64,000 bases of DNA from Patescibacteria group bacterium (GCA_041661745.1 JBAZTR010000003.1:91007-155006), one strand, 5' to 3'. Shown: positions 29,498 to 39,699, counted from the first letter of the stretch. Notes: generated from the sequence alone by a model not told the origin. Translations and numbers: made by a program.

Positions 29498-29760
29498 GGG
29501 ATTTCTTTCCGTGCGCTTTAAAGGCGCGTTTTGTTGTGAAGGGACATGGTTCCGCTCATTTTGCCAATCGTGGGGCAACCCCAACAGACGGCGAGACGGA
29601 AAATTGCCCTCTATACGGCCTTGTGGGCACGCACGGAGAACGTGTATTTATATCATATTTTTAAAGATTTGTCAACCGTGTTTCCCTCCATTTTTCGCTT
29701 AAATTAAACAAAAAACCGCAACAAACGTATTTTTGTTTGCTGCGGAATCCTAAAAAACCC

Positions 29761-30909
29761 TTATTTTCCCATCATTTTCAAAATTCGCTCACGTTCGGAA
29801 TTCTTGTTAATCATGGTCGCGCCAATAACCTTTCCCGCTTTAGAAAAAATCTGCAAAACCCCACCTGCGGCTGTATTTCCTTCAACTTTAATCTCATCAG
29901 CCCACTCGCGGTCAGTATCACCAAGAAAAATAGCATCAAGGCCTAAAAGACTCATGGGAGAGGTGGTAATTTGTTCAAATTTTTCCGTTTGACCAAAAAT
30001 ATTTCTGGCGGCAATTCGCCCCTGGGCTTGGGCCGCGGCCCAGGTTCCTATAATTCTATTTCTTCCGGAATGAACATCAAAAACTTCAGCCACGTCCCCA
30101 ATAGCGTAGACACCAGGGAGATTGGTTTCCATTTTTTCGTTCACAACAATTCCCTTCTCTGTTTTTAAACCGGAATCGCTAAGCCACGCGGTGTCCGGAT
30201 CAAGGCCAATGCCGACACCAAGAATTTTACAATCAAAATTTCCTTTATCGGTTTCTACGCCACTAATTTCCGTGTCACCTTGCAGACCAATAAATTTTGC
30301 CTCCGGCAAAACTTTGATTCCGTTTTTTTCCAGTTGTTGATTAATCAACTTGCCGCTTTCTTCATCAAGCACGCGCGACCAAAAATATTTTCCACGAAAA
30401 GCCACGGTAATATCCAAACCAAAATTTTTAAAAACATTTATAAATTCGCAACCAATCAAACCGCCACCATAAACGCCAACCGAACATGGTCGCGGTTGTT
30501 CGGAAACAAGCTGTTGCAGGTGATCAGCATCATCAAGTGTCCAAAGATAAGCCACCCCGCGGCGATCTTCCGGCAACGGTCTGGTGTTTCGTCCACCGGC
30601 AATAACCAATTTATCAAACGGAAGTTCGCGACCATTGGACAATAAAACAAAAGAATTTTTTACATCAACTTTTTCCACGCGTTCACCGGAAATCCATTCA
30701 ATATTATTTTCCGCGTACCAATTTTCTGTTTTCAAAAATACTCGTTCACGCGGCACTTTTCCTTTTAAATAGTGCGGCAAAAGTACCCGCGAATAAAGCG
30801 GATGATGTTCTTCGGAAACTAGTGTAATTTCGGCTTGCGGGTCGAATTTTCTAAGCTCTTCCGCACAAGTAGTGCCGGCAATGCCGCCGCCAACGATAAT
30901 AATTTTCAT
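29761..30909 (-). CDS. FAD-dependent pyridine nucleotide oxidoreductase (ferredoxin/rubredoxin reductase-like)
   Basis: IIVGGGIAG, GGGLIGCE, TNLPGVYAIGD motifs. Confidence 0.88.
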   Translation of the reverse strand: MKIIIVGGGIAGTTCAEELRKFDPQAEITLVSEEHHPLYSRVLLPHYLKGKVPRERVFLKTENWYAENNIEWISGERVEKVDVKNSFVLLSNGRELPFDKLVIAGGRNTRPLPEDRRGVAYLWTLDDADHLQQLVSEQPRPCSVGVYGGGLIGCEFINVFKNFGLDITVAFRGKYFWSRVLDEESGKLINQQLEKNGIKVLPEAKFIGLQGDTEISGVETDKGNFDCKILGVGIGLDPDTAWLSDSGLKTEKGIVVNEKMETNLPGVYAIGDVAEVFDVHSGRNRIIGTWAAAQAQGRIAARNIFGQTEKFEQITTSPMSLLGLDAIFLGDTDREWADEIKVEGNTAAGGVLQIFSKAGKVIGATMINKNSERERILKMMGK

Positions 30910-30912
30910 AAG

Positions 30913-30957
30913 CCCTCTCCCCATCCCTCCCCCACCGCGGCGGTGAAGGAGGGAGAA
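30913..30957 (-). repeat. REP-like palindrome, same family as 26983-27037
   Basis: Minus strand TTCTCCCTCCTTCACCG-C-CGCGGTGGGGGAGGGATGGGGAGAGGG. Confidence 0.75.
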
Positions 30958-30962
30958 TGAGG

Positions 30963-31226
30963 TTATCTAGGAAACAATTGTTTGCCGGTCTCGTCAAAAA
31001 CCAACACGGCCAAAACCGGACAGGATTCAGCACCAAGAATAATATTCTGCAACTCTTCGTCAGTGACTTCGACTTCACGCTCGTAGGTCGGGCCACCGGG
31101 CGCTTGGCCGTGATCTAAAACATCGGCTTTGTTTTCGTTATTAAGCTGAAAGGTTTCCGGGGCCACGGTTACGCAAGCAGCCGCGCCGATACAAAGATCT
31201 GGATCGACTTTGATTCTTATTTTCAT
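30963..31226 (-). CDS. Single-cluster ferredoxin
   Basis: CIGAAAC...APETF...AESCP (CxxAxxC, 3Fe-4S type). Confidence 0.88.
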   Translation of the reverse strand: MKIRIKVDPDLCIGAAACVTVAPETFQLNNENKADVLDHGQAPGGPTYEREVEVTDEELQNIILGAESCPVLAVLVFDETGKQLFPR

Positions 31227-31310
31227 AAAGAGAATTAAAGGGGATTAAAGAGAAGGAAAGGGAAGGAAAGTAGAAACTTTCCCTCTCTTTCACTCTCTTT
31301 CCAACTCTTT
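31227..31310 (-). repeat. 10-nt-periodic inverted repeat array abutting the ferredoxin start codon
   Basis: AAAG at 31227, 31237, 31247, 31257, 31267; CTTT at 31277, 31287, 31297, 31307. Confidence 0.8.
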
Positions 31311-31739
31311 CCCTCCACTCAAATATTTTTCAATAGCATTACGTAAGGCCTTATCACACAAAACCGAACAATGAATTTTTCGCGGTGGCAGGCCGCTTAA
31401 ACGGTCAACAATCATTTGTGGGGTAATTTTTACCGCTTCATCGATGGTTAAACCGCCGTTTTCCAAACACATAACCGAACAAATTGAGGCCGCGGCAATG
31501 GCACTGGCACAACCAAAAGTTTTCCAAAGATAACCGACAATTTTTTTAGTGACCGGATCAATTTTTAACCACACTTTCATTTCATCACCACAAGCCGGCG
31601 AGCCGTAAACGCCGTAAGCATTAAAATCAGCTGGTGGATTTTCTTCTTTCAAAAAATTGCGTGGATTAAAAAAGTGATCTTTTACCGTGTCGCTGTAAAA
31701 CCAACTTTCAATTCCACATGAATCATTTACGTCGCCCAT
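31290..31739 (-). CDS. iscU: Fe-S cluster scaffold protein (IscU/NifU-like)
   Basis: HFFNPRN, GSPACGD, TFGCASAIA, LPPRKIHCS. Confidence 0.9.
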   Translation of the reverse strand: MGDVNDSCGIESWFYSDTVKDHFFNPRNFLKEENPPADFNAYGVYGSPACGDEMKVWLKIDPVTKKIVGYLWKTFGCASAIAAASICSVMCLENGGLTIDEAVKITPQMIVDRLSGLPPRKIHCSVLCDKALRNAIEKYLSGGKELERE

Positions 31740-31740
31740 A

Positions 31741-32916
31741 TTATAACTTAACTGAACTGATTAAACGAAGTTTTTCCACAAGTGGTGGCAAAACTTTCAA
31801 AACATAATCTAAATCTTTTTGAGTGGTGGAATGTCCCAAAGTAAAACGCATGGCTCCGTGGGCTTCTTCGGGGGATTTCCCCATGGCCAACAAAACATGA
31901 CTCGGATCAAGCGAAGCGCTGGTGCAGGCGGAACCGGTTGAAATAAAGATTCCCTTAGCATCAAGATACAGCATTAAAGCTTCGCCCTCGATATCAGAAA
32001 AAGAAATATTGGCGTTGTTCGGCAAACGATTTAATGGGTGACCATTAAGTTTTGTTTTTGGAACCTTCAATAAAATTCCAGCAATAAATTTGTCGCGAAA
32101 TTTAATAAGACGTTCGCTTTCTTTATTCTTTTCTTTATCAGCCAGCTCAAGGGCCGCGGCCAATCCAACAATTCCGGCGACGTTTTCCGTACCCGGGCGA
32201 AGGCCGCGTTCTTGCGCGCCACCAAATTGTATTGGTTGAAGGCGCAAATCTTTTTTAAAATACAGAAGCCCAATACCTTTTGGCCCGTAAATTTTTGAAC
32301 CGTTAATCGTCATGGCATCGACATGAAGTTTTTCGACAGAAAGTTCTAAAGCCCCGGCCGCCTGACAAGCATCGGTATGAAAAATCGGATATTTTTTTTC
32401 ACCACGATGTTTTTGTAAACAATTTCCGATTTCGGCAATTGGTTGAATAGTACCAACCTCATTGTTGGCATACATAACGGAAACCAGAATCGTCTCCGGG
32501 CGCAGCGCGGCCTTAACCTTTTCTACTTCAACAACACCGTCGGAGTTAGGAGCAATTCGAGTAATCTCAAAACCCTCTTTTTCCAGTTGCGTCGCAGCTT
32601 CTAAAACAGCATGGTGTTCGATAGCTGAAACAATAATATGTTTCCCGGCCCCGGCGTTGGCCCGAGCAAACCCGAGAATGGCCAAGTTGTCAGATTCGGT
32701 TCCACCAGAGGTAAAAATTATTTCTTCTGATCGGCATGACAATATCTTAGAAATTTTTGTTCGCGCTGCTTCGATTGCGTCTTTCGCTTCCTTGCCTGGT
32801 GAGTGAAAACTGGAGGGGTTGCCAAACTTGTCGGTCAGCCACGGTTTCATAGCCTTAAAAACCCGCTGGTCAAGCGGGGTGGTCGCGGCATGGTCTAAGT
32901 AGACAAATCGTTCCAT
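31741..32916 (-). CDS. iscS: Cysteine desulfurase (IscS/NifS)
   Basis: YLDHAATTP, FTSGGTESDN, HTDACQ, STGSACTS. Confidence 0.93.
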   Translation of the reverse strand: MERFVYLDHAATTPLDQRVFKAMKPWLTDKFGNPSSFHSPGKEAKDAIEAARTKISKILSCRSEEIIFTSGGTESDNLAILGFARANAGAGKHIIVSAIEHHAVLEAATQLEKEGFEITRIAPNSDGVVEVEKVKAALRPETILVSVMYANNEVGTIQPIAEIGNCLQKHRGEKKYPIFHTDACQAAGALELSVEKLHVDAMTINGSKIYGPKGIGLLYFKKDLRLQPIQFGGAQERGLRPGTENVAGIVGLAAALELADKEKNKESERLIKFRDKFIAGILLKVPKTKLNGHPLNRLPNNANISFSDIEGEALMLYLDAKGIFISTGSACTSASLDPSHVLLAMGKSPEEAHGAMRFTLGHSTTQKDLDYVLKVLPPLVEKLRLISSVKL

Positions 32917-33004
32917 AACTTCCTATAAGCTAACAAAAAAAGAGGTTTCGGACAAGCTCCGTCACCCCCTTAACGCCTTATAATGCCCGAATACCGCTTA
33001 AATT

Positions 33005-33202
33005 TTATTCAATTTCATCGTCCAAATCCAAATATTTCTCCGGCTCCTTCAAAAACTCGTTGCGGCAAGCTGTTGAGCAGAACGTTAAAACTACCCCGCC
33101 CTCAGACTCCTCGGTCTGAATACTCTCCGGGTCGTTTAGGGAGGCCAGACAAACATCACAAACATCGGAGGACTCCTCAGTAAATTTATCGAAAGATGCC
33201 AT
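33005..33202 (-). CDS. YHS/TRASH-like small metal-binding protein
   Basis: CDVC ... FCSTAC..EF..EPEKY. Confidence 0.7.
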   Translation of the reverse strand: MASFDKFTEESSDVCDVCLASLNDPESIQTEESEGGVVLTFCSTACRNEFLKEPEKYLDLDDEIE

Positions 33203-33229
33203 AAGTTCTAATTACAGAATACCAGAAAA

Positions 33230-33763
33230 TTACAATATAGTGTTAATACCGAAGTAATGGGAAACTGTCCAGCCAACCAAATAACCGATTCCCGCGGCCA
33301 CCAATGAAACCACAACCATTTCTATTGCTGTCTTCCAGCCGGCTCGTTTGGTAAAACGACCGGTCCAAAAACCAACCCCGGCCAAAGCAAGAACGGCTAA
33401 AATAACCGAAGGGAGAATAGCCAAATCCGGCGGCAAAAGAAGATAAGGAGTTAAAGGGAGCATTCCGCCAAAGACATAGGAAATAAACATAACGAAAGCG
33501 GCTTTAATCGATCGCTGGTGAACAACTTTGTCTGATTTCTCCTCAGCTCGCTCGGCTGTTTCGGTTGATAAAAAACTGCCGGCGGACATTGAGGTGGCTT
33601 CAACCGCCAAAATCACCAAACCTGAAAGAATAATAACCATGCGGTCTTCGGTACCAATGGCAATACCGGTAACCGCACCCATAGTGGAGACTAAACTATC
33701 CTCCAAACCAAAAACAATTTCTCGCACCGATTCGATAACTGAATTCTTTGTTCTTAAATGCAT
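33230..33763 (-). CDS. VIT1/CCC1 family metal transporter
   Basis: REIVFGLED.LVS, SMSAG, GGMLPL.PY motifs. Confidence 0.88.
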   Translation of the reverse strand: MHLRTKNSVIESVREIVFGLEDSLVSTMGAVTGIAIGTEDRMVIILSGLVILAVEATSMSAGSFLSTETAERAEEKSDKVVHQRSIKAAFVMFISYVFGGMLPLTPYLLLPPDLAILPSVILAVLALAGVGFWTGRFTKRAGWKTAIEMVVVSLVAAGIGYLVGWTVSHYFGINTIL

Positions 33764-33827
33764 ACGGTTGAATTATAACAGAAGGGGTTGAAAAAAGAAG
33801 AGTTTATGGATATACTTTAAAAAACTT

Positions 33828-34289
33828 ATGCAAATACCATCATCCCTTCATCCGTTTCACAAACGCACTTTAATTGTTGTCACCAACACCTTAAAAGCCA
33901 AAACTTTTTTGGCTGATGGGCTAAACCTAACCGAGGCCGGAGAGATTGACGTGACCTCTGATCTTGAACAAGAAAACGGCGAACGCGAGGCAATAAAATA
34001 CGGCGGAGCCAGTCAGCCTAATTTTGCTTCAAACGATGAATATGGCACAAAAAAGGACCATATTACCAAAGATCATTTTTATAATGCTTTAAACAAGGAA
34101 CTAATGCATCGAATGCAAAACAACGAATTTGATGTTTTGGCTTTTACTGTTCCAGAAGACCTGGAAAACGAACTGAAAGAATCGCTTCACGGACAGTTGT
34201 TAAAAAAGACGGAAATTTTTGTCCCAAAAAACTTGATGAATGACGATGTTTTAGACGTAGTTGCGGTAATCCAGGAAATGCCGGAATAA
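33828..34289 (+). CDS. Hypothetical protein, host-attachment/baeRF-like
   Basis: LIVVTN...AK.F start and L..SL...L end resemble the family; weak match. Confidence 0.5.
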   Translation: MQIPSSLHPFHKRTLIVVTNTLKAKTFLADGLNLTEAGEIDVTSDLEQENGEREAIKYGGASQPNFASNDEYGTKKDHITKDHFYNALNKELMHRMQNNEFDVLAFTVPEDLENELKESLHGQLLKKTEIFVPKNLMNDDVLDVVAVIQEMPE

Positions 34290-34340
34290 AAGAAATAGAT
34301 ATTAAACAACAAAAAATCTCGCCACAATGGCGAGATTTTT

Positions 34341-34415
34341 TGGAGGCCTGGGTGGGAATTGAACCCGCGCATAAGGGTTTTGCAGACCCTCGCCTTACCA
34401 CTTGGCTACCAGGCC
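34341..34415 (-). tRNA. tRNA-Cys(GCA)
   Basis: GGCCTGG..CCAGGCC acceptor, AGGGT-CTGCAAA-ACCCT anticodon arm, TCCA end. Confidence 0.95.
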
Positions 34416-34442
34416 GCGGTCGACATAGCGACCGTTATTATA

Positions 34443-34928
34443 TTAGAAAACCTCAATAGTTGTCCAATTGACACCAAAATTTTTGGCATCAACGGTTTCT
34501 TCCATCCAGATATCAACACGTTGGTTATAACGGGCATTCATGCGGTCTTCGACAATAAAGACCTCGTCCCCATAAAGTTCAGGAATACGAATGCGGGTAC
34601 CGATTGGTAAAAAGTTGGCAGCCACAACCCCACGACGAACCGTGGTACCAGAGGCGGTAATAAACGGGGTGGAGTCGGTTTGTCCAACCTCACTAGAATA
34701 AGCGGTAATCGGAATAGAATAGAAAACACGACGGGGTTCAGCATCTTCGGCAGTTGGCAGCTGGTTGCTGTAAGAATAGGAAGCAACCGGATTTAACCAG
34801 TCCAAAGACAAAGCTTCGGCCGCGTTAGGGGAAATGATGTAACTACCAAAAATCATGAGTAAAGCAATCAAAACCGACTCAATCGGCTGTAGAAAACACT
34901 TCTTTTTGTTGCAAAATATCTTATTCAT
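34443..34928 (-). CDS. 3D-domain (MltA-like) protein
   Basis: TAYSS..QTDSTPFITASG, VEDRMN, VDIW. Confidence 0.85.
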   Translation of the reverse strand: MNKIFCNKKKCFLQPIESVLIALLMIFGSYIISPNAAEALSLDWLNPVASYSYSNQLPTAEDAEPRRVFYSIPITAYSSEVGQTDSTPFITASGTTVRRGVVAANFLPIGTRIRIPELYGDEVFIVEDRMNARYNQRVDIWMEETVDAKNFGVNWTTIEVF

Positions 34929-35071
34929 AATAAAAACTTCCCTTTCAGGAAGCGGTATTAGTATAGCACACTTTAGCCTTTTGGTCAATGAGAAAACCCG
35001 AAAAACTGCCAACCACAGCCCAAATATCAAGTGGACTAAAATGGCAAAAATCGGTATTATAGGAAACGTCT

Positions 35072-38002
35072 ATGACTTACAACTATCTTCACCGCCGTTC
35101 CGAAACACGCCGTAAAAAATTCGCTTTCATAAAAAACCTCTTAACTGCAGGCAATTTTAAAAACCTTATCCTGCTTGGTTTGGCGGCTGTTTTGGCCGGT
35201 TCTGTTCTTATTCTTGGAATCTTCGCCTTTATTAGCCGCGATCTGCCAGATCCAAATTCCCTTTCCGAACGTTCGGTTAGTCAAAGTACAAAAATCTATG
35301 ACCGTACCGGCGAGCACCTGCTTTATGAATTACACGGGGACGAAAACCGAACCTTGGTAAAATTTGCCTCCTACTTTTGTGGTGATGGTGAGGGAGTACT
35401 AGAACTTGACCCTAATGGCATACCCCTTATGGCAGTTCAAGCTACCATCGCTGCCGAGGATCATGCTTTTTGTCAGCATCACGGATTCAGCTTCAAAGGT
35501 TTTGCCAGAGCCGTCCTAAACAATCTAATCGGGGGAACCGGCGGTGGATCCACCCTTACTCAACAGTTGGTTAAAAACGCTATTCTAACGAACGAACATA
35601 AAATAAGCCGAAAAATAAAGGAATTAATTCTCTCAGTTGAAATAGAGAGAAAATATACAAAAGACGAAATTCTTCAAATCTATTTTAACGAAATTCCGTA
35701 CGGCTCAACTAATTATGGGATTGAATCGGCGGCTCAAAACTATCTTCGTAAATCAGTTAAAGATTTAACCTTGTCCGAAGCGGCAATTTTGGCCGCTCTG
35801 CCACAACGACCAACAAGTCTCCTTAACAACCCGGAAGCTTTACAAGCACGCCGCGATTGGATTCTTAACAACATGGTCGAACTGACTTTCATAACCCAAG
35901 AGCAGGCTGACGCGGCCAAAGCTGAACCAATCGAACTTCAAACAACTGTTTCTAACATCGAAGCTCCACATTTTGTTTTTTATGTTAAAGAGGTTTTGGA
36001 AGAAACTTTAAAAATCGATCCAAAATTAGTTGAGGAAGGTGGACTTAAGGTCATAACCACCCTTGATTACGACAAACAAAAAATTGCCGAAGAAGAGGTT
36101 AAAAACGGCGTGGAAAAAAATGGGGAAAGATACAATTTTAACAACGCCGCATTGGTAGCGACTGACCCAAAAACCGGACAAATTCTTTCCATGGTTGGAT
36201 CCAAAGACTATTTTGATGACGAAATCGACGGCCAAGTGAACGTTGCCACGAGTCTTCGACAACCAGGCTCTAGTTTTAAACCAATTGTCTATACTGCCGG
36301 TTTCATCAAAGGCTATACCCCCAACACAGTTTTATGGGATGTAAAAACTGACTTCCCCACAGTTACCGGCAACTATTCACCAAACGATTATGACTTAAAA
36401 GAACGCGGTCCGTTAACCGTCCGACAAGCGTTGCAGGGATCATTAAATATTCCAGCCGTAAAGATGCTTTATTTGGTTGGCGTGGAAAATACATTGCAAT
36501 TTGCCGAACAGCTTGGTTACTCTTCTTTTACTGACCGCTCACGGTTTGGTTTAGCAATAGTTCTTGGCGGCGGTGAGGTCGAATTATTGGAACACGTCGG
36601 GGCTTTCGGAGTTTTTGCCAACAACGGAATCAAACAAGAAACAACAGCCATTCTAAAAGTTGAAGAGCCGGGCGGAAATGTTTTATACGAATGGAAAGAA
36701 AATGAGGGCAAAAAAGTTCTGGAAAAAAATTTCGCTTACATGATTGCCAATGTCTTATCTGATAACGCCGCTCGCGCTTATGTTTTTGGTGAAAACAACT
36801 ATCTTCAACTGAGCGACCGGCCGGTAGCCGCCAAAACCGGAACGACTAACGACTACAACGACGCCTGGACAGTCGGATTTACCCCCGCCATAGTCGTTGG
36901 AGTGTGGGTTGGCAATACTGACGGCTCTGACATGGCCAGAGGCGCTGACGGGTCAATTATCGCCGCTCCGATATGGAATAGTTTCTTAACCAGAGCCTTG
37001 GTAGGAACACCGGCCGAATCTTTTACCCCGCCGGAAATTCCAATAACCGGCAAAGCTATTCTTGATGGGCAGATGCCGGGACAAACTGTGGTTATTGATA
37101 GGGCTTCGGGGAAGCTGGCCACGGAATACACCCCAGCCTCTTTCCGAGAAACAAAAACCTTTGCCGAATATCACGATATTCTTTTTTACGTCGATAAAGA
37201 CAATCCGACCGGAGCCCAACCAGCTGACCCAACAAAAGATCCAATGTTTACTCCGTGGGAAACCGCTGTGCAAAATTGGCTTAAAGCAAAAGAAACCGAA
37301 ACCGGGATAAAAATTGAGCAAGGCGCGGTACCCACTGAAACTGACGATCTTCATGTTCCAAAAAATTTCCCAACCATCACAATCGAATCCCCTTCTAAAA
37401 ACCAATCGTTCTCTTCGCTCGAGATTTCTATTGCTGTTAATGCCGATGCTCCACGAGGCGTGAGACGTGTTGAGTTCTATATCGATGGTTATTACTTGGG
37501 TAGCGACAGCCAAGCCCCTTATGAAAAAACCCTGAACATACCCAACACGGTCGAACGGGGTTATCACACCTTAAAAGCCGTGGCTTATGACGATATTGAT
37601 AACACCGGCTCAAATTCAGTTGGAATTAAAATAGATAGCGAGGCCTCGCGAGACGATCTTTCAATTATTGATCCAGTTAACGGACAATCAATTGAACGAA
37701 ACCAGGAGGTTTACTCATTAGCTCTTTCTCTGCAAAATCCAACTAATTACAACTCAATCTTTGTTTATGCCGAAGAGGTTGGTGGTTCTGGTCGCTCTCT
37801 AATTGGTTCGGCGGAATTGCCGTCGTCCCCTTTTATTACCGTTCCTTGGACCATGCCAATGTCTGGCACGTGGGTTATTACCGCACGGGCCGAAGGCTCC
37901 AGTGGTGTTGTAGAAGCTCCTGGAACAATGGTTTATATAACTCCAAACGGAGCAACCCCGACTGTTAACACCGGCGGCTCTGATCTAAATCCGTTCGATT
38001 AA
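35072..38002 (+). CDS. Class A penicillin-binding protein (PBP1A family) with C-terminal Ig-like domains
   Basis: AED..F..H, GGSTLTQQLVKN, RQPGSSFKP, SLN, KTGT. Confidence 0.93.
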   Translation: MTYNYLHRRSETRRKKFAFIKNLLTAGNFKNLILLGLAAVLAGSVLILGIFAFISRDLPDPNSLSERSVSQSTKIYDRTGEHLLYELHGDENRTLVKFASYFCGDGEGVLELDPNGIPLMAVQATIAAEDHAFCQHHGFSFKGFARAVLNNLIGGTGGGSTLTQQLVKNAILTNEHKISRKIKELILSVEIERKYTKDEILQIYFNEIPYGSTNYGIESAAQNYLRKSVKDLTLSEAAILAALPQRPTSLLNNPEALQARRDWILNNMVELTFITQEQADAAKAEPIELQTTVSNIEAPHFVFYVKEVLEETLKIDPKLVEEGGLKVITTLDYDKQKIAEEEVKNGVEKNGERYNFNNAALVATDPKTGQILSMVGSKDYFDDEIDGQVNVATSLRQPGSSFKPIVYTAGFIKGYTPNTVLWDVKTDFPTVTGNYSPNDYDLKERGPLTVRQALQGSLNIPAVKMLYLVGVENTLQFAEQLGYSSFTDRSRFGLAIVLGGGEVELLEHVGAFGVFANNGIKQETTAILKVEEPGGNVLYEWKENEGKKVLEKNFAYMIANVLSDNAARAYVFGENNYLQLSDRPVAAKTGTTNDYNDAWTVGFTPAIVVGVWVGNTDGSDMARGADGSIIAAPIWNSFLTRALVGTPAESFTPPEIPITGKAILDGQMPGQTVVIDRASGKLATEYTPASFRETKTFAEYHDILFYVDKDNPTGAQPADPTKDPMFTPWETAVQNWLKAKETETGIKIEQGAVPTETDDLHVPKNFPTITIESPSKNQSFSSLEISIAVNADAPRGVRRVEFYIDGYYLGSDSQAPYEKTLNIPNTVERGYHTLKAVAYDDIDNTGSNSVGIKIDSEASRDDLSIIDPVNGQSIERNQEVYSLALSLQNPTNYNSIFVYAEEVGGSGRSLIGSAELPSSPFITVPWTMPMSGTWVITARAEGSSGVVEAPGTMVYITPNGATPTVNTGGSDLNPFD

Positions 38003-38041
38003 AAACAAAACAAAAAGACGGGCACAATCGCCCGTCTTTTT

Positions 38042-38572
38042 TTATTCTATTTTTGCCAGTGGGAAAGATTCTGGTTGATGAAGGTTTGGTTCTGCCCCTG
38101 GTAGAGGGTGATAAGCCAGGACCTGCCCACCGGCAACCAAAAAAACGTTTAAAGCAGACAGTTTCGAAGGAAGTAAATCGGGCGGAATAATTATTTCGTT
38201 TAAAATTTTCCCGTTATCTTCTTCTTTGTGGTTTGTTTCAAAAGCAACGTTGTTAAAATCAGCCACTTTTTGGTTTGGCCCATCAAAACCAGACACCGTG
38301 AAACGGCCATCGATGCTTAAAACAACTTCAAGATACTGTCCATCATCATCCACAATAAAAAAACAGATTCTTTCGCTTGCTTCGATTTCTTTTTGGGTCT
38401 GGTCTTTTTTATACCCTGGAAAAGATGATGTGGTGGTTTTGACCAAAAGACCTTTGTCGTTTTTTTGAAGTTCAACAAAACTTGAGAGTCTAAAATCTGG
38501 ACATTTTCCACCATTCCAAAGTCGACCGATCGGTAGAAGCAAAAAAGACGGGGCGTTAGGAACAATCAACAT
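38042..38572 (-). CDS. Hypothetical protein
   Basis: 176-aa ORF immediately downstream of dnaN. Confidence 0.6.
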   Translation of the reverse strand: MLIVPNAPSFLLLPIGRLWNGGKCPDFRLSSFVELQKNDKGLLVKTTTSSFPGYKKDQTQKEIEASERICFFIVDDDGQYLEVVLSIDGRFTVSGFDGPNQKVADFNNVAFETNHKEEDNGKILNEIIIPPDLLPSKLSALNVFLVAGGQVLAYHPLPGAEPNLHQPESFPLAKIE

Positions 38573-38575
38573 ATC

Positions 38576-39694
38576 CTATTGTTTAATAGGCATAATAATA
38601 TACAACTGATCTTCTTGATTAAAAGGTTTTATAACACAGGGGTTTGAACCATCAATCATTTTAAAAGAAACATCTTCAGTTCCTATTGATTGAAGGCCGT
38701 CGAGAAGGTAACGAAAGTTTAAGGTGACGGAATTTTCAATCCCGGAAACTTCAATTTTGGTTGAGGCGGAGTTTTCGCCGCGCGAAGCATCGGCCGCACT
38801 GACTCGCAGTGATCCGCTTGGGTCGAAAAATATCGTCACATCAAAAAGACCGGAACGAGAAAACAAACTAGCGGTCTTAACGGTGTTTATAAGGTCTTCG
38901 CGATTAACCTTGGCTTCGGTTTGAAAATTTTGTGGAATAATCTGTTGATAATCCGGGAAGTTCCCCTCAATAACACGGGAAATTAACTCCACCGAACCGT
39001 AAGTAAAAACAATTTGGTTTTCTGACAAACTTATTTGGACTTCGTTTGGTGAATCTGAGGTGTCTTTAAAAAGGGAAAAGATTCGGTGGGCCTCAATAAC
39101 GGTTTTAACCGGGACAATAACCGAGGTTTCGCTGGCCGACTCGTTTGGCAAAACAACGGTCTTTTCAACCAAACGATAAGAATCAGTAGCTGCAATAATT
39201 AACTTATTTTTCTTAAACTGGAGTAATAAGCCTGAAAGCTCTGGTCTTGATTCGTTATTGGCCGCGGCAAAAACTGTTTGTGAAACCGCGTCCCGAAAAA
39301 GATCAACGGGTATTGTATAAACTTTTTCAGCGGAAACAGCCGGAACCAAAGGAAAGTCAGATGATGGTAATCCATTAATCTTAGTTTTATTATCCCCAGC
39401 TTCCAGGTGTAAAACGCTTTCTTCCACCTTTAAATCAATCTTTTCTTCTTTTAATAAGGAAATGTAATCGTAGAAAAGTTTTGAAGGAATGGTAATTTCG
39501 CCATCCTCATCAATCTTTCCCCTTACTAAACAACTAACCGCCATTTCCAAGTTTGTTGAAGTAAAACGAATATTCCCATTTTTTGCCACCAATAGAACAT
39601 TATTAAGAATAGGTAGTTGAATGTTCTTGGTAGAGAGGTGACTGGTTATTGCTAACCCCATTTGAAGATTCGTTTTTAAACAAGAAACTTTCAT
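38576..39694 (-). CDS. dnaN: DNA polymerase III beta clamp
   Basis: LPILNNVL, ATDSYRL, GNFPDY, IIMPI motifs. Confidence 0.96.
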   Translation of the reverse strand: MKVSCLKTNLQMGLAITSHLSTKNIQLPILNNVLLVAKNGNIRFTSTNLEMAVSCLVRGKIDEDGEITIPSKLFYDYISLLKEEKIDLKVEESVLHLEAGDNKTKINGLPSSDFPLVPAVSAEKVYTIPVDLFRDAVSQTVFAAANNESRPELSGLLLQFKKNKLIIAATDSYRLVEKTVVLPNESASETSVIVPVKTVIEAHRIFSLFKDTSDSPNEVQISLSENQIVFTYGSVELISRVIEGNFPDYQQIIPQNFQTEAKVNREDLINTVKTASLFSRSGLFDVTIFFDPSGSLRVSAADASRGENSASTKIEVSGIENSVTLNFRYLLDGLQSIGTEDVSFKMIDGSNPCVIKPFNQEDQLYIIMPIKQ

Positions 39695-39699
39695 AACTA

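Noticed and set aside
34416-34435. Interrupted upstream copy for tRNA-Cys (and for tRNA-Leu(TAA))
   Set aside because: Only a small CGGTCG/CGACCG hairpin is present, with no tRNA-derived sequence.
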